A DNA stretch of 64,000 nt from positions 1,912 through 65,911 of the forward strand of contig CAYYLQ010000004.1 of the NCBI GenBank assembly GCA_964472655.1. The letters run 5' to 3'. The position numbers were made by a program, and so were the translations under genes. Under the pieces are notes generated by a model, which was not told where the DNA came from, made no database searches, and saw nothing but the letters and a program-made list of their open reading frames with translations. Origin of the DNA: an uncultured Nitrospirales bacterium. Its GTDB lineage: Bacteria; Nitrospirota; Nitrospiria; Nitrospirales; NS-4. Below, one piece after another: positions 35,169-45,475 of this stretch. The stretch's first letter is position 1, and each line of letters begins with the position of its first letter.

Positions 35169-35681
35169 TCAGCGAAACGGCATGGTCTGCCGTTGCGCCT
35201 CGTAGACTCGGTGAATGTCCCGGCCGGTCGAGCGGAACCGGTCGCGCGCGCGTCCGTAGACGCGTGCTAGGAGGTCGAGATCGGCCTGGCGCACGTTGAA
35301 TTCCATCAGGCCGGCTGTGACTTCGGGACGCTCCGCTGGCGGGTGCGCGGTGGCATGGGCCAAGATTGCTTCAAGGGCGCGCGAGGTGAGACCGTCGCGC
35401 GGGCTGAGCGCGGCTTCCGGCGACTCGCTTGTGCGGAGGGCGTCGGCGAACCACGTGCGAGTGGCCTTGTTCGTGCTTTTGGTCAGGGCCGCCTGCGTCT
35501 GGATCAAGGCATGGATCAGGGCATTCGCCTCGGGGGAAGTCTCGGGCGGCAGGACGTCGGCCTGCTCAAAGACCGCCAGCAGCGCCATGACGTGTCCGAC
35601 CAGGGGGCGGCTGGACTCTCCGGCGGCGGGGGCGGCCATGAGGGCCCCCACAATGGCGAATAGGAGAAGCCGGGAGGGCAT
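35169..35681 (-). CDS. secreted hypothetical protein
   Basis: 170 aa from ATG 35681. Signal-like MPSRLLLFAIVGALMAAPAAG. The upstream part of ORF 35169..36176 shadows comM. Confidence 0.5.
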   Translation of the reverse strand: MPSRLLLFAIVGALMAAPAAGESSRPLVGHVMALLAVFEQADVLPPETSPEANALIHALIQTQAALTKSTNKATRTWFADALRTSESPEAALSPRDGLTSRALEAILAHATAHPPAERPEVTAGLMEFNVRQADLDLLARVYGRARDRFRSTGRDIHRVYEAQRQTMPFR

Positions 35682-35733
35682 TTTCCCATTGTACCTTTTC
35701 CCGGTCCGCGGTGTCTTACCTTCAGGAGGCGTC

Positions 35734-37260
35734 ATGCTGGCCAAGGTCCATAGCGTTGCGGTCAACGGGCTGGAGGCCCACTCCGTCGAGGTGGAAGTGG
35801 ACCTGGCTGCGGGTCTGCCCATGTTCACGGTGGTGGGGCTGCCGGACCCGACCGTCCGGGAAAGCCGCGACCGGGTCCGTTCGGCGCTTCGCAACAGCGG
35901 CTTCGGCTTTCCCCAGCGGAAAATCACCGTCAATCTGGCGCCGGCCGACCTGCGCAAGGAAGGCGCGGGTTTCGATCTTCCCATGGCGGTCGGCATTCTC
36001 GCGGCTGAGGGCTTAGTGCCCCCTGAGGCGCTGCGGGAGTTCGTCATGGTCGGAGAGGTCTCTCTGGAGGGGGGCATCAAGCCGGTCCACGGGGTGCTCT
36101 CCATGGCGCTGGCCTGCCGGCGCCGCGGGATCAAGGGCTTGCTGGTGCCGGCCGAGAATGCGGAGGAAGCCGCCATCGTGGAGGAGGTCCCGGTCTATCC
36201 CGTTGCGACCATTCCGCAGGTCGTCGAGTACTTGAACGGTGCGCAGGCCCTGGCGCCGCAGGAACGGGCGCCCGTGCAGCTCGGTCTGAATCCGAACGGA
36301 GCGGCGGATTTTTCGGACGTGCGCGGCCAGCAGCATGCCAAGCGGGCGCTGGAGGTTGCGGCGGCCGGCGGGCACAACGTGCTGCTCGTCGGGCCGCCTG
36401 GATCGGGCAAGACGATGCTGGCGCAGCGGCTGCCCGGCATTCTCCCGCCGATGACCTTTGAAGAGGCCATCGAATGCACCCGCATCCACAGCGTAGCGGG
36501 AACGCTTCAGCCCGGCCACCCGCTCTTGCCCGTCAGGCCGTTTCGGGCGCCCCATCACTCGATCTCGGACGCCGGCCTGATCGGCGGCGGTACGGTACCG
36601 CGGCCGGGCGAGATTTCGCTGGCGCATAACGGAGTACTGTTCCTGGACGAATTGCCCGAGTACCGCCGCAACGTGCTGGAGAGTCTCCGCCAGCCGCTGG
36701 AGGACGGCACCATCTCCATCACCCGGGTGTCGGCTGCGCTGACCTATCCCGCCCGTGTGATGCTGGTGGCCGCCATGAATCCCTGTCCCTGCGGGTTCCT
36801 GGGTGATCGGATCAAGCCCTGCGTCTGCAACTCCCTTCAGATCCAGCGCTACCGGACGCGCATCTCCGGGCCCTTGCTGGACCGTCTCGATCTGCATATC
36901 GAAGTGCCGGCTGTTCCCTTCCGGGATCTGGACGCAGATGGGCGGAGCGAGGAGTCCACGGCGGTCCGGGACCGCGTGATGGCCGCCCGCACGCGCCAGG
37001 TCGAGCGCTACAAGGGCACCAAGACGCACAACAACGCCCAACTCCGTCCCAACCAGATCAAGAAGCACTGCCGGATCGACGAGCCAGGCCGCACGCTCAT
37101 CGAACAGGCCGTCGCGCGTCTGGGGCTGTCAGCGCGGGCCTACATGCGCATTCTGAAAGTAGCGCGGACAATCGCCGACCTGTCCCAGAAAGACTCGATC
37201 GCCGCTGAGCACGTGGCCGAGGCCATCCAGTACCGGAGCCTCGACCGACGGGTGCTCTGA
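35734..37260 (+). CDS. comM: YifB/ComM family Mg-chelatase-like AAA+ ATPase
   Basis: MLAKVHSVAVNGLEAHSVEVEVDL N-terminus, Walker A GPPGSGKTM. CAGGAGG RBS. Confidence 0.9.
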   Translation: MLAKVHSVAVNGLEAHSVEVEVDLAAGLPMFTVVGLPDPTVRESRDRVRSALRNSGFGFPQRKITVNLAPADLRKEGAGFDLPMAVGILAAEGLVPPEALREFVMVGEVSLEGGIKPVHGVLSMALACRRRGIKGLLVPAENAEEAAIVEEVPVYPVATIPQVVEYLNGAQALAPQERAPVQLGLNPNGAADFSDVRGQQHAKRALEVAAAGGHNVLLVGPPGSGKTMLAQRLPGILPPMTFEEAIECTRIHSVAGTLQPGHPLLPVRPFRAPHHSISDAGLIGGGTVPRPGEISLAHNGVLFLDELPEYRRNVLESLRQPLEDGTISITRVSAALTYPARVMLVAAMNPCPCGFLGDRIKPCVCNSLQIQRYRTRISGPLLDRLDLHIEVPAVPFRDLDADGRSEESTAVRDRVMAARTRQVERYKGTKTHNNAQLRPNQIKKHCRIDEPGRTLIEQAVARLGLSARAYMRILKVARTIADLSQKDSIAAEHVAEAIQYRSLDRRVL

Positions 37261-37276
37261 AGGAGAGCGGGGAAGA

Positions 37277-38626
37277 TTAGCGGGCGGAGGAGGAGACTGC
37301 CGAGCCGGCTTGCTGCAGCGGCAGACGGATGTGGATGGTGGTGCCGACGTCTTCCTTGCTTTCGACCGAAATCTGTCCGCCGTGCGCGTCCACCACGTCT
37401 TTGACGATTTTGGTCCCCAGCCCCGTCCCGCCGACTTTGTTGCTCTTCGCGCGACCGGTGAACAGGCTGTCACGGATGTCGGGCGGCATGCCGGGGCCGT
37501 TGTCGACGACGGCGAGATGCAGGAGGCCGTCACCCTGGTCCACATTGCCCCGGACGGTGATGGAGCCCCCTCCCGACATGGCGGCGATGGCGTTATGGAT
37601 GAGGTTGTAGAACGCGTTGAAGAGCCGGCGCTCGTCGGCCGAGATCGATGGAAGCGCGTCGAGGCCGTCGGCGCGCAGGCGAACGCTTTTCTCCTCGGCG
37701 AGCACGTGCAGGGTCTTGATGACGTCGTCCACCACGCCCGCGACCCGGCAGGGGGCGAATTCCGGAGGCGTGCTCAGACCCTTGACGCAGTCCCCGATTT
37801 CCTTCACCCGGTCCTGGATCCGCCGCGCGGCGTCCTGGAGCAGGCCGATCACGCGGTTGCAGAGATCCTGGCTCGCCTGGGTGCCGCTGATCCCCATGGC
37901 CGTCAAGCTGCCGAACAGTTTGTTGAGCTCGGTCTGCAGAAACTCCGCGCCGGTGATGACGGGGGTGAGCAGGTTCTTGATGTCATGGCCGATGTCGCCA
38001 AGGAGTTGCGCGACCTCGGCCAGCTTGGCTGTTTCGAACAGGCGCGCCTGTTCGATGGCCTGGGCCGCGAGGGCCGAGACGATGGTCAGGATGGCGATAT
38101 CGTCCTTGTTGAGTTGCCCCTCGCGCTTGTTCAGAATTTGCAGGACGCCGATCGGGTCGCCCTCCCAGCGTTTCAACGGGATCGTGATCATGTCGAGGGT
38201 TTTAAAGCCGGTGGAGTTGTCGATGGCGGAGAGGTGGCGGGTATCCCTGGCCACGTCGCCGATGATCGCCGGTTCGCCGGATTGGAAGACCGCGCCGGCG
38301 ACGCCTTTATCCCAGGGAATGGCCGTCCCGCGCAATTGCTCCGCTTTCTCGCCGATCACGTAGCGGAAGACCAGTTGCTGGGCCTTATCGTCGGCCAAGA
38401 GCACCGAGCCGGCCTCCGCGTTGACGACCTCCAGCGCGATGCGCAACGCGTTCTCGACCAGCTCATCCACGTTGACGTGCTGGGACAGAGCCTGACAGAT
38501 GAGGCGCGCCGCCTCGAGCTCGCGCTCGCGCTGCAGCAACCGGCGGTCCTGCTGCCGGCGGGGGGCGCGGCGGCGGTCCCCGGACGGGGGTCGCGGCGCA
38601 GGAGGCTGTCCGGTCTCAAAACCCAC
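37277..38626 (-). CDS. GAF-domain sensor histidine kinase
   Basis: GTG start after AGGAGG. GAF region. H-box-like GHDIKNLL. HATPase G-box GTGLGTKIV. Confidence 0.85.
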   Translation of the reverse strand: MGFETGQPPAPRPPSGDRRRAPRRQQDRRLLQRERELEAARLICQALSQHVNVDELVENALRIALEVVNAEAGSVLLADDKAQQLVFRYVIGEKAEQLRGTAIPWDKGVAGAVFQSGEPAIIGDVARDTRHLSAIDNSTGFKTLDMITIPLKRWEGDPIGVLQILNKREGQLNKDDIAILTIVSALAAQAIEQARLFETAKLAEVAQLLGDIGHDIKNLLTPVITGAEFLQTELNKLFGSLTAMGISGTQASQDLCNRVIGLLQDAARRIQDRVKEIGDCVKGLSTPPEFAPCRVAGVVDDVIKTLHVLAEEKSVRLRADGLDALPSISADERRLFNAFYNLIHNAIAAMSGGGSITVRGNVDQGDGLLHLAVVDNGPGMPPDIRDSLFTGRAKSNKVGGTGLGTKIVKDVVDAHGGQISVESKEDVGTTIHIRLPLQQAGSAVSSSAR

Positions 38627-38654
38627 TGGTTCCTCCTAACGAGCTGGCTCGGGG

Positions 38655-38729
38655 TGGAGCTGGCGAGAGGAATCGAACCTCCAACCTGCGGTTTACAAAA
38701 CCGCTGCTCTGCCGTTGAGCTACGCCAGC
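38655..38729 (-). tRNA. tRNA-Thr (anticodon UGU)
   Basis: Reverse complement reads GCTGGCGTAGCTCAACGGCAGAGC..., loop TTTGTAA, ...GGTTCGATTCCTCTCGCCAGCTCCA. Confidence 0.9.
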
Positions 38730-38837
38730 CTCCGCACGAATGGCGCCTATGGTAGCACATTCATTCCCAGGTCGGAAACGGACCTGCGTCTGTGTTATAG
38801 TCAGGGCGGGGGCGGGAAAGAAGAAAGCAGAGGAACG

Positions 38838-39128
38838 ATGGTGACGTTGCGCTTATTGGGGAATCTGACGGCGGCAAACGGAGAGCACGTCCTTGAGTGG
38901 GAACTGAAAGAACCGACCACGTTGAAGCAACTCTTGCTTGAGCACAAGGAGGAAATCCCCGAGATCATCAGGCTGTGGCGGGAGACCGAGTGCATGTTCA
39001 CGGTGGGTACACGGATCGCAGCGGAAGTCACGGTCGTGAAAGACGGTGACATGGTCAAGGTCACCCCCCATAACAGCTACCTCTATTCCTCCGACCATCC
39101 ATTGGCGGGCACGGGGGGCACGCAGTAG
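38838..39128 (+). CDS. hypothetical small protein, possibly beta-grasp (MoaD/ThiS-like)
   Basis: 96 aa from the internal ATG. MVTLRLLGNL...VKDGDMVKVTP resembles MoaD/ThiS but carries a ~20-aa tail ending GTGGTQ. Confidence 0.35.
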   Translation: MVTLRLLGNLTAANGEHVLEWELKEPTTLKQLLLEHKEEIPEIIRLWRETECMFTVGTRIAAEVTVVKDGDMVKVTPHNSYLYSSDHPLAGTGGTQ

Positions 39129-39138
39129 GGTTTCCCTG

Positions 39139-40959
39139 TCATCCCCGCGTTTTTTTGGCCTTTCGTCTTTCTTCCGGATCCAGCATGCGTTTGCGGAGCC
39201 GGATCGTGGAAGGCGTCACCTCGACAAGCTCGTCCGGCCCGATGTACTCGAGCGCGAACTCCAGCGTCATCTCGCGGGGAGGGGTCAAGACAATGGCCTC
39301 GTCTGACCCGGACGCCCGCATGTTCGTCAAGTGTTTGGCCTTGCAGACGTTGACATCCAGGTCTTCGTCCCGCGCATTCTCACCGACGACCATTCCCTGA
39401 TAGACCTCCACCTGCGAGCCGATGAACAAGGCGCCGCGCTCCTGGGCGATGTTGAGTCCGTAAGCGCTGCTGATCCCCGTTTCATGCGCGACCAGTGAGC
39501 CGTGAGCCTCTCCCTGGAGCGCGCGCAGATCCGCTTTCTCGTAACGGTCGAAAATATGGTGCAGGATGACGGTGCCCTTGGTCTTGGTCAGGAGCGCGTT
39601 CTTCAGGCCGATCACGCCGCGGGTGGGGATGTGGTATTCCAGATGCAGGTCGCCGTGGGCCGTCAGTTTCATGTGGCGCAGTTCGCTCCGTCGCCGGCCG
39701 ACTTCCTCGATCACCGGTCCCTGGAACTCGACCGGCACCTCGATGGTCAGCTCTTCATACGGCTCCAGCGTCGCGCCGCCCTCTTCACGCAGGATGACTT
39801 CGGGCTGGGAGACCTGCAGCTCGTAGCCTTCCCGCCGCATCGTCTCGATGAGGACCGCCAGATGGAGCTCGCCGCGCCCGGCGACCAGGAACTGGTCGGT
39901 GGTATCGGTTTCCTCCACGCGCAGGGCGACGTTGGTTTCCAGTTCCTTGAAGAGCCGATCGCGGAGATGCCGGGACGTGACGAATTTCCCTTCCCGTCCG
40001 GCGAAGGGACTGGTATTGACCGAAAAGGTCATCTGGACGGTCGGTTCGTCGATCGCCACGGGCGGCAACTGCATCGGCCGTTCGGCGTCCGCCAGCGTCT
40101 CGCCGATTCCGATCTCGGGGAGTCCGGCGACGGCGACGATCTCTCCGGCCTCGACCTGCTCCACTTCCTTGCGCTCCAGACCTTCGAAGATCAAGAGATC
40201 GGTGACTTTCCCCGGAATCTGCGTGCCATCGGTCTTGATGCGAATAATCGGCTGGCGCTTGGCGAGGGTGCCGGACAGCAGCTTGCCGATGGCCATCTTA
40301 CCTTTATAAGAATCGTGGACCAGGGCCAGCACCAGCATCTGGAGGGGCCGGTCGGTGAAAACGGGCGGGGACGGGGTTTTGTCCAGGATCGTGTCGAGCA
40401 AGGGGGCGATGTCCACGCCGGGCTTTTCCGAGTTGAGCGAGGCGGTTCCATGGAGCGCGGAGGTATAGACGATGGGAAAGTCCAACTGCTCATCGGTGGC
40501 GCCGAGATGGGCAAAGAGATCGAACGTGCGATTGACGACATCCTCGATCTGGGCGTCGGGACGGTCGACTTTGTTGATGACGACGATGGCCTTGTGCCCC
40601 AGGGCCAGGGCTTTGCGGAGCACGAAGGTGGTCTGCGGCATGGGACCTTCCTTGGCGTCCACCAACAGGAGGACGCCGTCCACCATGCGTAGCGTGCGCT
40701 CGACTTCCCCCCCGAAATCGGCGTGGCCCGGCGTGTCCACGATGTTGATCTTGACGCCGTTGTAGACTACGCTGGCGTTCTTGGCTTTGATGGTGATGCC
40801 GCGCTCGCGTTCCTGGTCCATCGAGTCCAGAATGCGCTCGCCCATGCCCTCGATGTTGCGGTGCACGTGGGTTTGCTTGAGGATCGCATCCACGAGGGTC
40901 GTCTTCCCGTGGTCCACATGGGCAATGATGGCAATGTTCCGAAGGTCTGTGCGGCGCAT
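39139..40959 (-). CDS. typA: translational GTPase TypA/BipA
   Basis: [29 protein letters not shown]-like domains. 606 aa. Confidence 0.95.
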   Translation of the reverse strand: MRRTDLRNIAIIAHVDHGKTTLVDAILKQTHVHRNIEGMGERILDSMDQERERGITIKAKNASVVYNGVKINIVDTPGHADFGGEVERTLRMVDGVLLLVDAKEGPMPQTTFVLRKALALGHKAIVVINKVDRPDAQIEDVVNRTFDLFAHLGATDEQLDFPIVYTSALHGTASLNSEKPGVDIAPLLDTILDKTPSPPVFTDRPLQMLVLALVHDSYKGKMAIGKLLSGTLAKRQPIIRIKTDGTQIPGKVTDLLIFEGLERKEVEQVEAGEIVAVAGLPEIGIGETLADAERPMQLPPVAIDEPTVQMTFSVNTSPFAGREGKFVTSRHLRDRLFKELETNVALRVEETDTTDQFLVAGRGELHLAVLIETMRREGYELQVSQPEVILREEGGATLEPYEELTIEVPVEFQGPVIEEVGRRRSELRHMKLTAHGDLHLEYHIPTRGVIGLKNALLTKTKGTVILHHIFDRYEKADLRALQGEAHGSLVAHETGISSAYGLNIAQERGALFIGSQVEVYQGMVVGENARDEDLDVNVCKAKHLTNMRASGSDEAIVLTPPREMTLEFALEYIGPDELVEVTPSTIRLRKRMLDPEERRKAKKTRG

Positions 40960-41094
40960 ACCGGCTGCGGTCCTCAAGGCATAAAAAAAGCCGCCCGCCT
41001 GCGACGGGCGACATCGATCTCTACTCTAACGCATGAACGAGTCCGGAGTCAAAGTCCGACGGCGTTGCGGTAAGACGCTGTGGTAAGATAAAGC

Positions 41095-43425
41095 ATGCGG
41101 CAGCGATCCATTTGGAAATTCCTGTTTGGGGGAGCCGTCACGGCGGTGCTGATCGGCCTGGGGATCGTCGCCGTCGCCGGCTTGTACCTGATGCAGGGCC
41201 TTCCCCCGCTGACCGGCCTGCATGAGTATCAGCCCAGCCTCGTCACGCGCGTGTACTCGGCCGATAAGCAGGTGATCGGGCAGTTCTTCGTGGAGCGCCG
41301 GATCCTGGTCCCTCTGGACAAGATTCCTCGGCATCTGGTGAACGCGGTCATCGCGATTGAAGACGCCCGCTTTTTCGAGCACCGGGGTCTGGACTTTGTG
41401 GGGATCGCCAGGGCGGCGATGACGAACATCCTGTCCGGAAAAATCCGCCAGGGCGCGAGCACGATCACGCAGCAGCTGGCGCGGTCGCTGTTCCTGTCGC
41501 CGACACGGGATTTCCAGCGGAAGGTGAAAGAAGCGCTCCTGGCGCTCAAGATGGAGCAGATCCTGGGGAAGGAGCAGATCCTCGAGCTCTACCTCAACCA
41601 GATCTACTTCGGGCATGGCGCGTACGGGGTGCAGGCCGCCGCGCAGACCTACTTCGGCAAAGACGTGGGTCAGGTGACGCTGGCCGAAGCCGCCTATCTC
41701 GCCGGGCTCCCCAAGGGGCCGTCCGACTATTCCCCCTATTACCACCCGGAGGCCGCCGCGCGCCGGCATGCCACCGTGCTCAAGCGCATGGTCGAGGAGC
41801 GATTCATCGGCGCCGATGAGGCCGATCGGGCCCTCGAGGAAGCCGTGTCGTTTAAACGCCTCACGCGCGATGAGCCGGCACCGCACTTCGTCGAGAACGT
41901 CCGGCTGAAATTGATGGCCGCCTACGGCGAACAGATGGTCTATAAGGGCGGGCTGCAAGTGTACACGACGCTCTCCCTGTCGGATCAGCAAACGGCTACG
42001 GCGGTCTTGCAGGAGGGACTTCGCCAGCTGGATAAACGGCAGGGGTATCGGGGGCCGCTCCGGCAGGGTGCGTCTCCCGAAGAGTTCTCCGCTGGGCGGG
42101 CCAGCGGGGCGTCGGCCTCCGCTCCGATTCGGGAGGGCGAGCTGCTTGAGGGCGTCGTGACGAGGGTCGCGAAGGACGGGCTGACGGTTGTGGCGCAGGG
42201 GCTCACGGGAAAAGTCTTTACCGAGGATCTCCTCTGGACCAAACGGAGACTGCGGGGTCCCGATCCGACGAAGAATGTGAAGGACATGGGCGCCAAATCT
42301 CCGGGAGAGCTGTTCAAGACCGGCGATGTGGTCGAAGTGGGCGTCAAGAAGCTGTCCGCCTCCGCCGCCCAGTTCGCCCTGGAGCAGACTCCGATCGTCG
42401 AGGGTGCCTTCATGGCGGTCGATCCCCGCACGGGGGCGGTCCGGGCCATGGTCGGCGGATACGATTTCCGCCGAAGCGAATACAACCGGGCGACTTCGTC
42501 CAGACGGCAGCCGGGATCGGCGTTCAAGCCCATCATTTACGCCACAGCCGTCAATCAGGGGCTCTCGCCGGGAACGCCGATCGTGGATTCCGGCGTGGTC
42601 TACAACGAGAACGATCCCGAAATGATCTGGCGGCCGGAGAACTACGACCAGAAGTTCCATGGGTTGACCACCTTGCGTGACGCATTGGCGCATTCCCGCA
42701 ACGCCGCGACGGTGCGACTGCTGGAGAAGCTCGGCGTGCGTCCGGTGGTGGACCTGGCCAAGGATCTGGGGATCGTGTCGCCGCTCGCCAACGATCTTTC
42801 GCTGGCGCTGGGATCGTCGGGCGTGACGCTGCAGGAACTGACGGCGGCGTACGGCGCGTTCCTGAACCAGGGGATGCTCCTCGAACCCTACACCATCGAG
42901 TCAGTGGTGGACGCCAACGGCCAGGCACTTGAAACGCACGTGCCGGCGCCGCGCGAAGCGATGTCCAAGGAGTCCGCCTACCTGATTACCAATATGCTGG
43001 AGGACGTCATCCAGAAGGGGACGGGCCAGGCGGCCAAAGGGATGGGCCGCCCGCTGGCCGGCAAGACCGGTACGACCAACGATTTCACGGACGCGTGGTT
43101 CGTGGGCGGGGCACCCAATCTGGTGACGGGAGTCTGGGTGGGGTTCGACGAAATCCGGACGATCGGGGAGCGGGAGGCCGGGGCGCGCGCGGCGCTCCCG
43201 ATCTGGATGAACTACATGAAAAAAGCCTTGGAGTCCTTGCCGGTCGTGCCCTTCACGGTTCCGGACGGAGTCATCACCGTCAAGATCGATCCGGCCACCG
43301 GTCTGCTCGCCCCGGAGGGCACGGACCAGGGTGTGGATGAAGTGTTTCTGAAAGGCACCGAGCCGACCCAGCACGCGGCCTCCAAGGGCTCGCCGTCCCA
43401 GTTCTTCAAATTCGACCAGATGTAA
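41095..43425 (+). CDS. mrcA: penicillin-binding protein 1A (bifunctional transglycosylase/transpeptidase)
   Basis: GT51 motifs EDARFFEH and RKVKE. Transpeptidase motifs SAFKP, SRN and KTGTT. N-terminal TM helix. Confidence 0.9.
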   Translation: MRQRSIWKFLFGGAVTAVLIGLGIVAVAGLYLMQGLPPLTGLHEYQPSLVTRVYSADKQVIGQFFVERRILVPLDKIPRHLVNAVIAIEDARFFEHRGLDFVGIARAAMTNILSGKIRQGASTITQQLARSLFLSPTRDFQRKVKEALLALKMEQILGKEQILELYLNQIYFGHGAYGVQAAAQTYFGKDVGQVTLAEAAYLAGLPKGPSDYSPYYHPEAAARRHATVLKRMVEERFIGADEADRALEEAVSFKRLTRDEPAPHFVENVRLKLMAAYGEQMVYKGGLQVYTTLSLSDQQTATAVLQEGLRQLDKRQGYRGPLRQGASPEEFSAGRASGASASAPIREGELLEGVVTRVAKDGLTVVAQGLTGKVFTEDLLWTKRRLRGPDPTKNVKDMGAKSPGELFKTGDVVEVGVKKLSASAAQFALEQTPIVEGAFMAVDPRTGAVRAMVGGYDFRRSEYNRATSSRRQPGSAFKPIIYATAVNQGLSPGTPIVDSGVVYNENDPEMIWRPENYDQKFHGLTTLRDALAHSRNAATVRLLEKLGVRPVVDLAKDLGIVSPLANDLSLALGSSGVTLQELTAAYGAFLNQGMLLEPYTIESVVDANGQALETHVPAPREAMSKESAYLITNMLEDVIQKGTGQAAKGMGRPLAGKTGTTNDFTDAWFVGGAPNLVTGVWVGFDEIRTIGEREAGARAALPIWMNYMKKALESLPVVPFTVPDGVITVKIDPATGLLAPEGTDQGVDEVFLKGTEPTQHAASKGSPSQFFKFDQM

Positions 43426-43428
43426 GCG

Positions 43429-43641
43429 TCAGCCGTGGGCGTCCTTGTACTCTTCGTGCCAGGACATCTGGATGGCCTCGAGGATCTTCTCGTTTGATTT
43501 CCTGGGGTCCCCGATAAAGCCTGGAAGCGACGTGACCCATTGATGCAGATCCGTGAACCGGATCGTCAGCGGGTCGGTCTCGGGGTGGCGTTCGAGCAGC
43601 TGAATGGCGATCTCCTCGGTATCGTTCCAGTCTATTTCCAT
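43429..43641 (-). CDS. iscX: Fe-S assembly protein IscX
   Basis: 70 aa, acidic. WNDTEEIAIQLLERHPETDPLTIRFTDLHQWV pattern. Sits downstream of hscA. Confidence 0.8.
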   Translation of the reverse strand: MEIDWNDTEEIAIQLLERHPETDPLTIRFTDLHQWVTSLPGFIGDPRKSNEKILEAIQMSWHEEYKDAHG

Positions 43642-43654
43642 AGGGCGGCCTCGC

Positions 43655-45475
43655 TTACTTCACGTCTGAAAGCTTCTTATCCTTTAACGCGTCTTGCAAG
43701 GTGCTGTTCATGAGCTTCTCGGCCACGCTGTAGGAGGCCTTGTCCAGCGCCGCGATGGCGTCACGGATCGGGCGGTGGTCGGTGCCGGCCATGGCGGCTC
43801 TCAGATCGGCCACCGCCTGCCGGATCGCCGCCAACTCCTCCGGCGTGGCCAGTCCGTCGGCGCGCGCCAGCGCTTTCTCGGTCGCTTTCAAGATACTCTC
43901 CGCCTCGTTCATCGCCTCGATCCGCTGCCGTTCCTTGATGTCCTGCTGGGCGAAGACGAAAGAATCGCGGATCATGCGCTCGACTTCCTGGTCCGACAGG
44001 CCATAGGACGGTTTTACCTCGATGGACTGCGCCTCGCCCGTACGGACGTCCCGGGCAGTGACGCTCAGGATGCCGTTCGCGTCGATCATGAAGGTGACCT
44101 CGACGCGGGGCGCGCCGGCCGGCAGGGGCGGGATCCTGAGCTGGAAGCGCGCCAAGCTCCGGTTGTCCTTGACGAGCTCGCGCTCGCCCTGGAGGATGTG
44201 AATGTCCACGGAGGTTTGCCCGTCCACGAACGTCGTGAACATTTCCTTCGCGCTGGTCGGGATCGTCGTGTTGCGGCGGATCAGGCTACTCATGACGCTG
44301 CCCATCGTTTCGATCCCGAGCGTCAGCGGCGTCACGTCGAGCAGCAGCATGTCCTGAATGACGCCGGAGAGAATATCCGCCTGCACGGCGGCGCCGAGCG
44401 CCACGACTTCGTCCGGGTTGAGCTCGCAATGAGGAGGCTTGCCGAACAATGCCTGGACCCGTTGCCGCACGCGCGGCATCCGCGTGGAACCGCCGACGAG
44501 GACGACCTCGTCCACGTCCGTGGCGGACAGCCCAGCGTCCTTGACCGCCTGCCGGCAGGGCGAGAGGGTCTTCTCCACCAGGTCATTGACCAGGTTCTCA
44601 AGCTCGGCCCGCGTGAAAGTGCGGGTGTAGTCTCCTTTGCCGTCCGGCAGCGGGACCTGGACGGTCGTTTGGACGTCCGTGGACAGCGCGCATTTCGCCT
44701 GCTCGGCGCGGATGCGGATATCCTGTTGCAGTTCGGGCCGGCCTTCCAGTGAAACCCCATGGCGGGTCTTGATCTCCTTCATCATCACGTCCACGAGGCG
44801 CCGGTCGAAGTCGTCGCCGCCGAGGTGGGTGTTGCCGTTCGTCGCCAGCACTTCGAAGATGCCGCCCTTGAGCTTGAGGATCGAGATGTCGAAGGTCCCG
44901 CCCCCCAGGTCGTAGACGGCGATGGTCCCCTGTGTGCGCTTCTGCAGGCCGTAGGCCAAGGACGCGGCGGTCGGCTCGTTGACGATCCGCGCCACGTCCA
45001 GTCCCGCGATCTTCCCGGCGTCCTTGGTGGCCTGCCGCTGACTGTCGTTGAAATAGGCGGGGACCGTGATGACGGCCTTGCGGATCTCTTCGCCGAAGAA
45101 CGCCTCGGCGCGGGTCTTGAGCTCCTTGAGAATCATGGACGAGATTTCTGGCGGGGTGAGCGCCTTGTCGCCGATCTGAAGACGAATGACGCCGTTCTGC
45201 TCGGTGAGCTTGAACGGGAAATACTGCAATTCCTGCGTGACGTCCGCCAGCCCTTTGCCCATGAAACGCTTGACCGAATAGACGGTCTGTTCGGGGTTGC
45301 GCAAGAGCTGGGCCTTGGCCTTGTCGCCGACGAGGAACCCCTCCGGCGTGGAAGCGATGATGGACGGCACCATCGTGTGCCCCTCCGGTCCCGCGATGAC
45401 CGTGGGGATCTTCCCCTTCATGTAGGCGACGAGGGAGTTGGTCGTTCCGAGATCGATCCCGACGATGCGCGCCAT
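43655..45475 (-). CDS. hscA: Fe-S cluster chaperone HscA (Hsp70 family)
   Basis: IGIDLGTTNS, DLGGGTFD. isc operon context. Confidence 0.95.
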   Translation of the reverse strand: MARIVGIDLGTTNSLVAYMKGKIPTVIAGPEGHTMVPSIIASTPEGFLVGDKAKAQLLRNPEQTVYSVKRFMGKGLADVTQELQYFPFKLTEQNGVIRLQIGDKALTPPEISSMILKELKTRAEAFFGEEIRKAVITVPAYFNDSQRQATKDAGKIAGLDVARIVNEPTAASLAYGLQKRTQGTIAVYDLGGGTFDISILKLKGGIFEVLATNGNTHLGGDDFDRRLVDVMMKEIKTRHGVSLEGRPELQQDIRIRAEQAKCALSTDVQTTVQVPLPDGKGDYTRTFTRAELENLVNDLVEKTLSPCRQAVKDAGLSATDVDEVVLVGGSTRMPRVRQRVQALFGKPPHCELNPDEVVALGAAVQADILSGVIQDMLLLDVTPLTLGIETMGSVMSSLIRRNTTIPTSAKEMFTTFVDGQTSVDIHILQGERELVKDNRSLARFQLRIPPLPAGAPRVEVTFMIDANGILSVTARDVRTGEAQSIEVKPSYGLSDQEVERMIRDSFVFAQQDIKERQRIEAMNEAESILKATEKALARADGLATPEELAAIRQAVADLRAAMAGTDHRPIRDAIAALDKASYSVAEKLMNSTLQDALKDKKLSDVK

